A stretch of DNA of 64,000 nucleotides, from assembly GCA_001567355.1 (NCBI GenBank), contig JYNZ01000005.1, forward strand, positions 67,981-131,980, given 5' to 3'. This document shows positions 28,862 through 38,159 of this stretch, piece after piece; position 1 is the stretch's first letter; each line of letters opens with the position of its first letter. This DNA comes from a candidate division WS6 bacterium OLB20 (GTDB lineage Bacteria; Patescibacteriota; Dojkabacteria; B142; OLB20). The notes below the pieces were generated by a model that was given only the letters and a program-made list of their open reading frames with translations, was not told where the DNA came from and did no database searches. A program made the translations under genes and the position numbers.

Positions 28862-30265
28862 ATGAAACAATCCTCGATCGGCCTAACAGGTCTTGCTGTC
28901 ATGGGTCAGAACCTGGCACGCAATATCGCCTCAAAGGGCTTCAGCATTGTTGTGCATAACCGCACCGCGACTGTTACAGCTGACTTTATCACTAAGTATG
29001 GTACTGAGCTGCTTACTGCAGCCGGAACGCTTGAGGAGTTTGTGGCAGCAATCGAACGTCCGCGAAAAATTCTGCTTATGGTGAAAGCGGGAGAGCCTGT
29101 TGACGACGTGATTGCGCAGCTTGTTCCTCTGCTTGAGGCAGGTGATCTGATTGTGGATTGCGGTAATTCAAATTACCGGGATACAATCAGACGTACCCTT
29201 GAACTTGCTGAACATGGCATTCTGTTTAGCGGAACTGGTGTATCCGGCGGCGAGGAAGGAGCACTGAACGGACCCAGTATCATGCCCGGTGGCACAGCCG
29301 AGACATGGGAGATGCTGTCACCCGTCTTCACCAGAATTGCGGCAAAAGATTTCTCCGGAGGCGCCTGCGTAACACATATAGGACCCGACGGCGCAGGACA
29401 CTATGTCAAAATGGTACATAACGGGATTGAGTATGCAGTCATGCAGGCTATTGCAGAGATCTACTGGCTGATGCATACACTGTACAACAAGTCCGCTGCC
29501 GGGATCGCTGATGTATTTGCAGCATACAACGAGGGATCGCTCGCTTCTTATCTGATCGAGATAACGGCGGAAGTACTGCGTAAAAAAGATGATCTTACGG
29601 GCGGCTATCTGATAGACAGCATTCTTGATAAGGCAGGACAGAAAGGTACCGGCGCCTGGACCGTCATAGATGCGCTGGAACGTGGCACGACACTGACCGT
29701 TATCGCAGAGGCTGTTTTTGCAAGAACGCTGTCGGCACAAAAAGACCTGCGCATGTCGCTTGATGGTTTTATTGATGTTACTGCGCCCGATCTGCCGGAC
29801 TTCGAGACGTTTACCGCTATGGCAGAATCAGCCTTGATCAATGCGATGTATGTAAGCTACACCCAGGGATATGAACTGATAAGGACAGCAGCAGCAGAAC
29901 ACAACTGGCAGATCGACCTTTCGGAAATCTCGAGGATCTGGCAGGGAGGCTGCATTATCAGAGCGCGGCTTCTTGAGACTCTGACTGACGCATTCAAAAC
30001 AAACAGCAATACAATGCTTCTTGATATTGATGCGTTGCGCACCACAATAATCGAACACACTCCCGCACTTAGAGCAGTAGCTGTGCTTGCACTTTCAGCA
30101 GGCATTCATGTTCCCGTTCTGACAAGCAGCCTGCTCTACCTTGATGGTGTGTCTTCGGGCAGACTGTCTGCAAATATGATCCAGGGGTTGCGTGACTACT
30201 TCGGAGCGCATACATACGAACGCAGTGACCGTGAGGGCACATTCCATACCGTCTGGTCAGAATGA
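28862..30265 (+). CDS. gnd: 6-phosphogluconate dehydrogenase (decarboxylating)
   Basis: N-terminal GLAVMGQNLA Rossmann motif. Length is 467 aa, and the C-terminal …FHTVWSE motif fits. Confidence 0.92.
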   Translation: MKQSSIGLTGLAVMGQNLARNIASKGFSIVVHNRTATVTADFITKYGTELLTAAGTLEEFVAAIERPRKILLMVKAGEPVDDVIAQLVPLLEAGDLIVDCGNSNYRDTIRRTLELAEHGILFSGTGVSGGEEGALNGPSIMPGGTAETWEMLSPVFTRIAAKDFSGGACVTHIGPDGAGHYVKMVHNGIEYAVMQAIAEIYWLMHTLYNKSAAGIADVFAAYNEGSLASYLIEITAEVLRKKDDLTGGYLIDSILDKAGQKGTGAWTVIDALERGTTLTVIAEAVFARTLSAQKDLRMSLDGFIDVTAPDLPDFETFTAMAESALINAMYVSYTQGYELIRTAAAEHNWQIDLSEISRIWQGGCIIRARLLETLTDAFKTNSNTMLLDIDALRTTIIEHTPALRAVAVLALSAGIHVPVLTSSLLYLDGVSSGRLSANMIQGLRDYFGAHTYERSDREGTFHTVWSE

Positions 30266-30313
30266 CTGAAAACCGGCACAGGTACGCTATAATTAGACGT
30301 ATCAGCCATATGC

Positions 30314-31411
30314 ATGCTAAGTCCCGAAACAGTCTCTGACAATAACCTTTTTGCGCGCCTGCACAGTGATATGCAGGCATATGTGAACACTTCGCACTCT
30401 ATCAGCATCGATGGAATTATCCATACATCATTCGATACAGGCAGGTCGTTAGTCAAAGCTCACGGTCAGCCTGTATTTACAGCGGGCTGGACTGTGCAGC
30501 CCTTCGCAGGCGGCAGAAGCATTGCCTCGCAGACTCATATGGTGCCCGTTACAATAGATACAGGCGGCAATGATGATCCCGCAGACTTTGAACAGGGGTA
30601 CCTGGCACGCAAAACACATATCCCGGGAATTATCGCTGCAGGTCGCTGCTTTTTTCTGCCCTGGGAACTGAAACGGGCGCTCCCGTCTGCAGACAGACCT
30701 GATGTGCTTGGGATATCACTGCTTGAGAGCTACTACGGCAGCAGTCCCGAGGCTGAGCATTCGCTGATGCTGTCCCTGGTTATGCAGGAGATCGGAATGA
30801 AGGGCAGGCGGATTGTTGAATTTGGCTCAGGCGCAGGTGCGAAGCTGACGGAGGCCGCTGTGTTGGGAGCGACAGAGCTGCTTGGTTTTGAGCTGCCAGG
30901 CACACTATCACGTCCGGCAGAACGTTTTGCCCAGGATCTGTCCGGCAATAATGCGTTACCATACAAGGCGGCCCTGATTGAGATGGATGTCCGCGACAGA
31001 CGTCTGACATCACCTGGCGGACTGCAACAGCCGTGGAGGACACATATCCGCACCGGTACACTTCCGGATACCGCATTTATCAGTCTTGGCCCATCATATA
31101 ATCCAGACGATAACATGGATAACAGCCCCACTATCAGTGCTCTTGAGACTGTTCTCGCTGAACGGTCAATCGAAACTGTCATACTGACCGGATATGCAAC
31201 CGAGTATCGCAGATCATATATGCAGTTGCCTGCTGAGCACTATGAGGAGTGCGACCAGCTCACCCGCGAGATGCTTAACGAAGGCTTTGAACAGATTGAT
31301 ATCTGCCAGTGGGGCAAGCTGCAGGTGCTGGTCGGTCGCAACCGGCGCAAACCCTCACGCAAGAGCCGACATCAGCGCGCGGACGTTGTCAGGATCAATC
31401 CGGTCCCCTGA
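30314..31411 (+). CDS. Hypothetical protein with a possible class-I SAM-methyltransferase motif
   Basis: IVEFGSGAGAKL resembles methyltransferase motif I. The 3' 57 nt overlap the convergent BtpA gene, so the tail may not be real. Confidence 0.35.
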   Translation: MLSPETVSDNNLFARLHSDMQAYVNTSHSISIDGIIHTSFDTGRSLVKAHGQPVFTAGWTVQPFAGGRSIASQTHMVPVTIDTGGNDDPADFEQGYLARKTHIPGIIAAGRCFFLPWELKRALPSADRPDVLGISLLESYYGSSPEAEHSLMLSLVMQEIGMKGRRIVEFGSGAGAKLTEAAVLGATELLGFELPGTLSRPAERFAQDLSGNNALPYKAALIEMDVRDRRLTSPGGLQQPWRTHIRTGTLPDTAFISLGPSYNPDDNMDNSPTISALETVLAERSIETVILTGYATEYRRSYMQLPAEHYEECDQLTREMLNEGFEQIDICQWGKLQVLVGRNRRKPSRKSRHQRADVVRINPVP

Positions 31412-32128
31412 TTTTAATGACGACCCGACAATTGCTCCATCAGAATAAGTTTTAAGCAGTGCTGCATTTCCGGCATTCATACCACTGCCGATCAGGACAG
31501 GAACCTTCCCGTTTACAGCCCTTCTGACACGGTTGAGCTCGTCCAGATCAGGCTGGCTACCTGTCCATGAACCAGTCACAACTATCCCGTCAGACCCGGC
31601 AGCTATTGCATCAGCGACTGACTGCTCAAGTGTCCGCGCTGTATCCACCATTGTCGTATGCTTGACGTGAACATCGGTAAACACCAGTACATCAGGACAT
31701 ATTCTATCTCTGAAGTCGATTATCTCTTCGGGATCAGGGTCAATCACAATTCCGTCATCCACCCGCTTAACTGTATCCACAAATGTATCAAGTCTGATGA
31801 AGGCTGCGCCGAACCCGGCAGCCAGCCTGAGTGCCGCTTTCCAGTCGTTCAGCAGAATGGTGTACCCGAGTGGAACTGTGATGAGATTCCTTACAGAATC
31901 TGACAGTCTGGACATGCTCTCATACTGCCGGTCACTGATAAACTCGCTGTAGGGCTTATCGTTATCGTTCTCAAGCATGATTGCACTGATACCGCCTTCC
32001 TGAAGTGCCCCGATATCCTGCTGTGTATGCTCAGTCATAGTTTTATACCCGGCAAAGCCAGGAGTACCTTCCTGAGCATCAAGATGTATCATGCCAATTA
32101 CCGGATATGGATCTGTGAAGATCTTCAT
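31355..32128 (-). CDS. BtpA/SgcQ-family TIM-barrel protein
   Basis: Full-length similarity pattern to the BtpA family (…VIGMIHL…AIMLEND…VPVLIGSG…). Confidence 0.7.
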   Translation of the reverse strand: MKIFTDPYPVIGMIHLDAQEGTPGFAGYKTMTEHTQQDIGALQEGGISAIMLENDNDKPYSEFISDRQYESMSRLSDSVRNLITVPLGYTILLNDWKAALRLAAGFGAAFIRLDTFVDTVKRVDDGIVIDPDPEEIIDFRDRICPDVLVFTDVHVKHTTMVDTARTLEQSVADAIAAGSDGIVVTGSWTGSQPDLDELNRVRRAVNGKVPVLIGSGMNAGNAALLKTYSDGAIVGSSLKSGDRIDPDNVRALMSALA

Positions 32129-32138
32129 GTATTGAGAC

Positions 32139-33194
32139 CTAATAGATAAGATCTGGTTGCAATATCAGGCCTGCGCTGATGGCATGCTCCAGCTTTGCAT
32201 AATGTTCCGCCTTATTATCCATCGGAGGAACTGCAGCCCGCAAGCACAGCGGCATCCCTGCCCTGGCTGCGGTCACAGCATGCTGAAACGAAATTAGAAT
32301 GTGGGCTGCTGTTCGGATTGCCATGCCATCCTGATACAGGTCGGCCGTAAGCGCAACCGCCGAGTTGGTTGCTGCCGCGATCTCGGCAGCGAGCCCATTC
32401 TGTTCCTCTATCACCGGCTGCACAGATCCATCCGGGGATCTGTAAAGAGCAGGAACTGAGTAGTATCTGTTTTGCATACCATATTCTTCAATCGAATCTA
32501 CGAACACCATCCGTTTCAATACTGCGGAATTGAGATGATCCTGTGCACAGTCTGCTTTGAATACTGCTCCGGAAGACAGTGCACCGTGGATAAAGCTGAG
32601 ATTAGGGCCAAGTCCGTAGAGCTTATAAGGGATGACAGGCTGTCTGATCCCGTTTCTGTGCAAGCCTTCTGCAAGCGCAAGCGTGGTTGTACCGTAGATA
32701 CCGGTTTCAAGTTCAAGCAGCGGTTTCTCCAGCTGTCCGAAGTGCTGCACCAGCAATTCGTCAAACAAAGGGTCCTGTACCGGATTGTAATCAGCCTGAT
32801 TGTTAGCTATCCCTGCTGTAATCCTGTTTACTGCAGGCGTATGGATGGTAACAGGAATACCTCTCAGCTGTGACTGCCTGTACAGCGAGTACACCATTGG
32901 AATCGTATCCCTGGGCGGAAGCAGCACTTCATCTGGCAGTATTCCGGCTGCAATGTTATCCAGTACATGAGCCGTAAAACCGTGGATCACCGGGGCGTAA
33001 ATACCTGCAACAACATTTGCCAGCAGGTTTGCCTGATTGTCGTCAGAGTAAGTATCCGGGACAAACAGCGGATTGATTTTTTGGATTGCATCATATGTGG
33101 GCTGGGGATTATCTGCAGCAGCTTCCACATCCGAGGCAAACTCTTTAAGGAGCTTAGCCAGCGGCACAAATGTTTCTGTAGATGTTTCGATCAT
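32139..33194 (-). CDS. Hypothetical protein (352 aa), in an operon upstream of btpA
   Basis: The annotated ORF start (33251) runs through an intrinsic terminator. I have moved the start to MIETSTETF, which lies directly after the terminator T-tract. No domain recognised. Confidence 0.5.
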   Translation of the reverse strand: MIETSTETFVPLAKLLKEFASDVEAAADNPQPTYDAIQKINPLFVPDTYSDDNQANLLANVVAGIYAPVIHGFTAHVLDNIAAGILPDEVLLPPRDTIPMVYSLYRQSQLRGIPVTIHTPAVNRITAGIANNQADYNPVQDPLFDELLVQHFGQLEKPLLELETGIYGTTTLALAEGLHRNGIRQPVIPYKLYGLGPNLSFIHGALSSGAVFKADCAQDHLNSAVLKRMVFVDSIEEYGMQNRYYSVPALYRSPDGSVQPVIEEQNGLAAEIAAATNSAVALTADLYQDGMAIRTAAHILISFQHAVTAARAGMPLCLRAAVPPMDNKAEHYAKLEHAISAGLILQPDLIY

Positions 33195-33214
33195 AATCCG
33201 ATGGATGGTAAAAC

Positions 33215-33242
33215 TAAAAAAGGCTCCGCGCAGCGGAGCCTT
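33215..33242 (-). terminator. Intrinsic terminator (aaggctccgc tgc gcggagcctt + T6) on the minus strand, immediately upstream of the 32139..33194 gene
   Basis: Perfect 10-bp stem followed by TTTTTT on the minus strand. Confidence 0.55.
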
Positions 33243-33314
33243 AAGCAGCATGACTGCCTACGGCTCCTGTTTGTAACGGCGACGCATTGAGTTGTTCATG
33301 TGACGGTATTTAAA

Positions 33315-33345
33315 ACAAAAAAAGCTTCCTGGTAAGGAAGCGGGT
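33315..33345 (-). terminator. Second intrinsic terminator (gcttcct tacc aggaagc + T7) on the minus strand, about 100 nt upstream of the first
   Basis: Perfect 7-bp stem followed by T7 on the minus strand. Confidence 0.55.
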
Positions 33346-33526
33346 AAAAAGTTACAGCAGCGACAGCCTCCTTCAGGAAGATGCGATGCGGCGGCGGGCT
33401 GTAGCTGTAATTTTCGAATTCATGTTCTGATAGTAGCATAAACGCTTTTTTTTTGAAAACTGGATGATTATTGTTGTATAGCAAAATTTCCTGTGCTAGT
33501 ATGACCTGCATACATAATGAGTATGC

Positions 33527-34651
33527 ATGCCTGACGAGACCGTAAACCGCATTCTGCCTGCAGAGAGCAGACTTCCACAAGAAGCATTCACTCTGCCGCG
33601 CGTCAGTACACTTGCCACCCCCACACTTGTAACCCTGGACATTGCAGAAACAATTACCGAAGAACAGGCGGCTATACTTGACCTGTCAGACATCGGCTGG
33701 GATCCCTACCCTGACGAGGCAGTCCCCGCATTTATGACCCGCTACCAGAACGCCACCGGAAGATCACTAATGGACACAATGACATGTCTGCCGGACAGCC
33801 TTGATATGCGACTGGGTGGAACGTCCTTCATGACGGTGACCCATCTTGGGAAAATGAACCCTGAAATCAATGATGTTCGCTGTTATGCACCGATCGGGTC
33901 TGCAAACGGTCACACGCAGCCGCTTGTCGATGCCGTTAACAGTCATTACAGACGACTCAGCAGCGGTGTGGATAAACTGACAATCGTACCCACTCTTCAT
34001 GAAGGCAGGCTCTCGCCTGTAATTTTCACGTTCACACTGCCGGGAAAGGAACGTAAGATGGTTCTGCTCGAAGGATGCAAGCAGGATGGTGTCAATCCCG
34101 GCGAGATTGCTGTCCCCGAAGGTGCTGCACAGATCGTGGACAGCTATGAACTGATGCGACCAGATTCTCCATACGGAGAAGCCATCATGCAGACCCTCAG
34201 ACAGCAGCCGGACACACTGACTGTGGTCGGCCTCGGTTCGACACGCGTCATTCCGCAGGCAACTGAACACATCCTGCGTTTTGCCGATGCTGCAAATAAC
34301 CTTGCGATCAGCGGCAACCGGGAGGAGATCGTGCTTCTGCAGGAGACACTTGGGACTGACAGTGTCACCGGGATCTTCGACAGACTTGGAACCCGGTTTA
34401 TTCTGGAGACAAACGGTCAGCAGGGTGCGCAGCTGCATCTAGCGCATACGGGAGGAGTGCTTACGTTCGAATATCAGTTGCCTGACACAGAGATCTACCG
34501 GGGAGATAATACTAATGCAGGAGATGTGTTTCTGGCGGCAACACTTAACGGTCTGCTGTCACTAAACGGCAGCGGAATTGATGCAGCTGCTGATATTCTT
34601 CCACGGGCATCGAGGTACACCTACGATTTCCTCCGCACCAGAGGAACCTGA
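33527..34651 (+). CDS. Divergent PfkB/ribokinase-family carbohydrate kinase
   Basis: The C-terminal NTNAGDVFLAATL matches the PfkB signature-2 (DTxGAGD…). A GG motif (RLGGTSF) lies in the N-terminal half. Confidence 0.5.
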   Translation: MPDETVNRILPAESRLPQEAFTLPRVSTLATPTLVTLDIAETITEEQAAILDLSDIGWDPYPDEAVPAFMTRYQNATGRSLMDTMTCLPDSLDMRLGGTSFMTVTHLGKMNPEINDVRCYAPIGSANGHTQPLVDAVNSHYRRLSSGVDKLTIVPTLHEGRLSPVIFTFTLPGKERKMVLLEGCKQDGVNPGEIAVPEGAAQIVDSYELMRPDSPYGEAIMQTLRQQPDTLTVVGLGSTRVIPQATEHILRFADAANNLAISGNREEIVLLQETLGTDSVTGIFDRLGTRFILETNGQQGAQLHLAHTGGVLTFEYQLPDTEIYRGDNTNAGDVFLAATLNGLLSLNGSGIDAAADILPRASRYTYDFLRTRGT

Positions 34652-34894
34652 TTCAACTTCCAAATGTAAAGGCATTGATTTGCACACCGGCTGGAAACTC
34701 AAGAGTCAGAGTATGCTCACCGAAATCAGGCAGACTGATCAGCCTGTATAGTTCGTAATCATTTGTTGAACCATTACGATATCCCGGTGATCTCAGCTGC
34801 AGGATAAGGGCTGTCAATATTCATCTAAGCCCGCCTCTGTCCTGCCGTGCAATGCTGCTTCCCATGATAAAGAGTGCCAGTATATGCATTTTCT

Positions 34895-35624
34895 TTAATT
34901 CTGTTCATCATCCGACAGCAGCCGAAGTTCAAGATTGGTCGGGTTGAGCCCCTGCTCGAGCAGCCATGTTTCTATTCTCTTATCTGCACCCGTCAGGATA
35001 AGCAACCCGACAACAATAAGTATCACACCCAGCACTTTTTTTGAATGTGCCATCAGGGTTGGCAAGCCAGCGCAGACGCTTAACCGCATCCTGCCCCAGC
35101 CATGCAATCGCCAGCAAGGTTACAGCCATTCCCAACGTGTAAACAAGCAGATTGATCAGACCGACTGCAAAGCTTTGCGGAAGTATGGTCGCCAGAATCA
35201 CTGTGTACGTCGGACTGCAGCTTGAAAATACCGGTCCAAGTGACATGCCGATCAGCACAGAGCCGATAACTCCATCACGTGTACCTGCCTTATGCAGAAG
35301 ATTGTCAGATCGTGAGCTTAATCCCAGCTTTACGTTAATCCAGTCCCACAGACGCGGGAACAGCGTGACAATTCCAAACCCCAGGATCAGAAATCCGGCA
35401 ATCGCCGTCCATACCTGTGGAGGTACCATGATCAGTAACGTTGACGCTTTGAGAAGCAGTGTAAACAGTATGATTGAGACCGACAGCGATGCAATGATGA
35501 TCAAGGCCCGCCTTCTGCTGCCGCTGGTCAGTGAGCTGCCCAGGATAACCGGCAGTACCACGATGACACAGGGTGAAAGTATGGTCAGAAACCCAGCCAG
35601 AAGGGAGATGAAGAGATATTCCAT
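34895..35624 (-). CDS. ccdA: CcdA/DsbD-family membrane thiol-disulfide electron transporter, with a 1-nt frameshift in a T7/A7 homopolymer at 35036..35042
   Basis: N-terminal SPCV Cys motif. The annotated frame ends in a Cys/Trp-rich junk tail. Removing one A joins it to the 34895..35107 ORF, giving …FKKVLGVILIVVGLLILTG…, the canonical CcdA C-terminal helix. Confidence 0.7.
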
Positions 35625-35639
35625 CTGTTTTGCCCTGAC

Positions 35640-36203
35640 TTAAGTAAGTTGCGCGACAATGTCATCAAGTGAAAATCCGCCTGACCATTTTTTAATCAGG
35701 TTTCCCTGGGCATCGACCTGGACAAGAGTGTGCTGGTAGGTAACGCCGTATTTCTGTTTCAGCTGGGTGTAGGTATCGTAATCGGTTTTAAGGATAGTAA
35801 GATCTGAGGGAATTTCGTCGAGGGAACCGTTAATACTGTCATTGAGTATTTTGCAGGTCGGGCACCAGCTGGCAAGGAAGAAGAGAACAACATCACCATT
35901 GCTGGCGTTTGCAAGCAGACGTTCATCGTAGTCCACGTACGAGCCTGACTGAGCGCTATCATCCTTCATCTTGTCATCACCATCCATCTTGTCATCGCCT
36001 TCCATCCTGTCGTCATTCTTCTCCATCGATTCACCATCCATCATCTTATCGGCTGTACCGTTTGAACCCTGGTCCGGGTTTGTGCTGTTGTTACCGGCAT
36101 TTACCAGCAGTATTCCTCCGATTGAGAGAATGATAAGAACTACAACGGCAAGCACGATGTACATCACTGTGTTTGACGATTGTTGCTGCGCCTGGTGATC
36201 CAT
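35640..36203 (-). CDS. Membrane-anchored TlpA/ResA-like thioredoxin (WCPTC)
   Basis: N-terminal TM, an acidic repeat region (DDRMEGDDKMDGDDKMKDD), and a Trx fold with WCPTC. Confidence 0.7.
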   Translation of the reverse strand: MDHQAQQQSSNTVMYIVLAVVVLIILSIGGILLVNAGNNSTNPDQGSNGTADKMMDGESMEKNDDRMEGDDKMDGDDKMKDDSAQSGSYVDYDERLLANASNGDVVLFFLASWCPTCKILNDSINGSLDEIPSDLTILKTDYDTYTQLKQKYGVTYQHTLVQVDAQGNLIKKWSGGFSLDDIVAQLT

Positions 36204-36256
36204 TACGGGGACTGTTCATATGTAATATCTGTCGTTATAGTACCCGCGCAGTATCG

Positions 36257-36280
36257 CCATGTCAAGTCAACTTGACATGG
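36257..36280. promoter_or_regulatory. Perfect 11-bp inverted repeat CCATGTCAAGT-CA-ACTTGACATGG between the PP2C stop and the trx start
   Basis: Dyad symmetry with a 2-nt spacer. 17 of 22 positions are identical to the site at 37375..37396. Confidence 0.45.
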
Positions 36281-36285
36281 GGTCG

Positions 36286-37314
36286 TTATTTCAGTCTGGG
36301 GGCTTTCAAAATCACAGCTGTAATGTCATCTTTATTCCCACCTAGTTGTGCCTTGCGCCTCAAGGCTCGCGCCGCAGAGCCCACATCGCTACCCAGCTGC
36401 ACACGTTCTTGCGCGTCCGTCTCACCATTCCGGTCACCTTTTATTCCGTCAGAAGTTACTGCACAAACAGTGCCGGTTACGGTCAAAACATTTTCTCTCA
36501 GGTAATCAGCCATGGAATGGTTCCCCATTCCATGCATAAGAAATACACCTCCCTGCTCTCCTGGAGGAATTACTGATGACACTTCTGATCCGTTTGTCTG
36601 CCCCAGGTACAAAAGCCCGGTATCGTTTGCAGAACCAATTGTATAAACCATAATCCTTGAGCTACCTCTCGCATCCGGATGGGGGATTACGAGCCCCATC
36701 TGCAGTGTAGTCTGCCCCAGAAAATCATGTCCGGTTTTTTCCTTGTGGTTGTTCGCAACCACATCAAGTCGCAATGCAGCATATTCCGCAGCGTCCAGAG
36801 CAAGTTGACCACCCGCCTCGTATGTCGGGTCTTCACTTTCGTCTTCAGAGTATATGGCAAGCTCTTTTCGAACTCCTTCTTCATCCTCTACTTGAATCTG
36901 TCTGCCAGGAAAAAGCATAGGCAGAATGTTCTGACTTTGCTGGAGAGAATACCTGAAGGACTCGATCGCTGAGTATACTGCGACTCTGGAGGCAGTTCCT
37001 GAATCAACAGCTACTGTTTTGTAATCCATCATGCTGACACCGTCAGCAATTGCGAACAGCGGGATATCTATCTGCTCACCGTCAACCCAGACAGTAAACA
37101 GTTCAACCGATGCAGCGTCCTGCGGGAGGTGCGCCTCTGATGTCCTCATCAGGATCTCAGCCTCGCCTCCTGAGCGGCCGGTCAGATTTTCGCCAAAGTA
37201 ACTTCCTCTTTTTGCATCGCGTTTTGTATCACCAAACAGTTCACGTCTGTGTTGTGTTCCAAGACCTTCCTGTTCTTTAGAACGGAACCTCCCAAAAAAT
37301 CTGTCAAGTGCCAT
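36286..37314 (-). CDS. PP2C-family Ser/Thr protein phosphatase
   Basis: PP2C motifs …FAIADGVSM…, …MHGMGNH… and the C-terminal …GGNKDDITAVILK. Confidence 0.7.
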   Translation of the reverse strand: MALDRFFGRFRSKEQEGLGTQHRRELFGDTKRDAKRGSYFGENLTGRSGGEAEILMRTSEAHLPQDAASVELFTVWVDGEQIDIPLFAIADGVSMMDYKTVAVDSGTASRVAVYSAIESFRYSLQQSQNILPMLFPGRQIQVEDEEGVRKELAIYSEDESEDPTYEAGGQLALDAAEYAALRLDVVANNHKEKTGHDFLGQTTLQMGLVIPHPDARGSSRIMVYTIGSANDTGLLYLGQTNGSEVSSVIPPGEQGGVFLMHGMGNHSMADYLRENVLTVTGTVCAVTSDGIKGDRNGETDAQERVQLGSDVGSAARALRRKAQLGGNKDDITAVILKAPRLK

Positions 37315-37374
37315 GAGGCAAACGTATCAAATTGTTAATGTTACTATAGCTCCAGCAGAGGCATGGTACAATAC

Positions 37375-37396
37375 GGTGTAAAGTCAACCTTACATG
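37375..37396. promoter_or_regulatory. Second copy of the dyad motif (GGTGTAAAGT-CA-ACCTTACATG), overlapping the XRE start codon
   Basis: Imperfect inverted repeat that shares the TGTnAAGTCAACnTnACATG core with 36257..36280. Confidence 0.35.
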
Positions 37397-37609
37397 AACA
37401 CAGCATTTTCTGAGACCGTCAACAATAGAGTTCGTGAACTGAGGACTGCACGAAACCTCACACAGTCCGATCTGGCAGATGCGCTCGGCATCACGCGCCA
37501 GACGGTCATCGCAATCGAAAAAGGCAGCTATACCCCATCAGTGCTGCTGGCCCTTAAACTTGCCGGCTACTTTAATACATCTGTCGAGGAACTTTTTTAT
37601 TATGAATAA
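37394..37609 (+). CDS. XRE-family (Cro/cI-type) HTH transcriptional regulator
   Basis: Canonical HTH_XRE sequence (…LRTARNLTQSDLADALGITRQTVIAIEKG…). Confidence 0.8.
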   Translation: MNTAFSETVNNRVRELRTARNLTQSDLADALGITRQTVIAIEKGSYTPSVLLALKLAGYFNTSVEELFYYE

Positions 37610-37973
37610 ACTCCGCGAAAATCCGCTTACTGATATTGCACTTGCGCTGACACTGCTTGTTCTGCTGCTGGTGGCGTATAACCCGCTTCAGCTGCTTATG
37701 CCGGACATGATACTGATCATTCTCTCCGGTGCGATCGCGTCGGTACTGGTGTTGTTTGTTGTACTCGTATGGAAGGAGCAGGACTACGATGAACGGGATA
37801 CACGCAACAGGCTTATTGCCGGCAAATATTCGTTTATAGCCGGGACTGTGGTTCTGGCTGTCGGAAACATTGTGCAGCTGCTGCAGCACGAGATGAACAT
37901 CTGGCTGCCGCTGGCACTTGCTGTCATGGTAATAACAAAGATGGTGAGCCTTATTCGTCTTGAGCGATCATAG
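37602..37973 (+). CDS. Small 3-TM membrane protein coupled to the XRE gene
   Basis: Its ATG overlaps the XRE stop (ATGAATAA). This is the common XRE plus small membrane protein pairing. Confidence 0.5.
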   Translation: MNKLRENPLTDIALALTLLVLLLVAYNPLQLLMPDMILIILSGAIASVLVLFVVLVWKEQDYDERDTRNRLIAGKYSFIAGTVVLAVGNIVQLLQHEMNIWLPLALAVMVITKMVSLIRLERS

Positions 37974-38159
37974 TGCAGAACGCTCGCTGGTTTCAGGACA
38001 GCTGTATTTGCGTTACACCTTACTGAATTCTGCTCAGATTGCATGCAAACCCGACTTACCCGACCAGAATTGTCCGGGGACGTTCCGTCCCCGCCCCATG
38101 TTTAATTGTAGCCCAGAGCTACGTTTACAGTCCTGAAGAAATTCTGAATCTGAATACAG

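Noticed and set aside
33296-33580. 94-aa minus-strand ORF between the btpA operon and the pfkB gene
   Set aside because: The region contains two intrinsic terminators and mini-ORFs, and overlaps the pfkB start. The translation is low-complexity (…NNNHPVFKKKAFMLLSEHEFENYSYSPPPH…).
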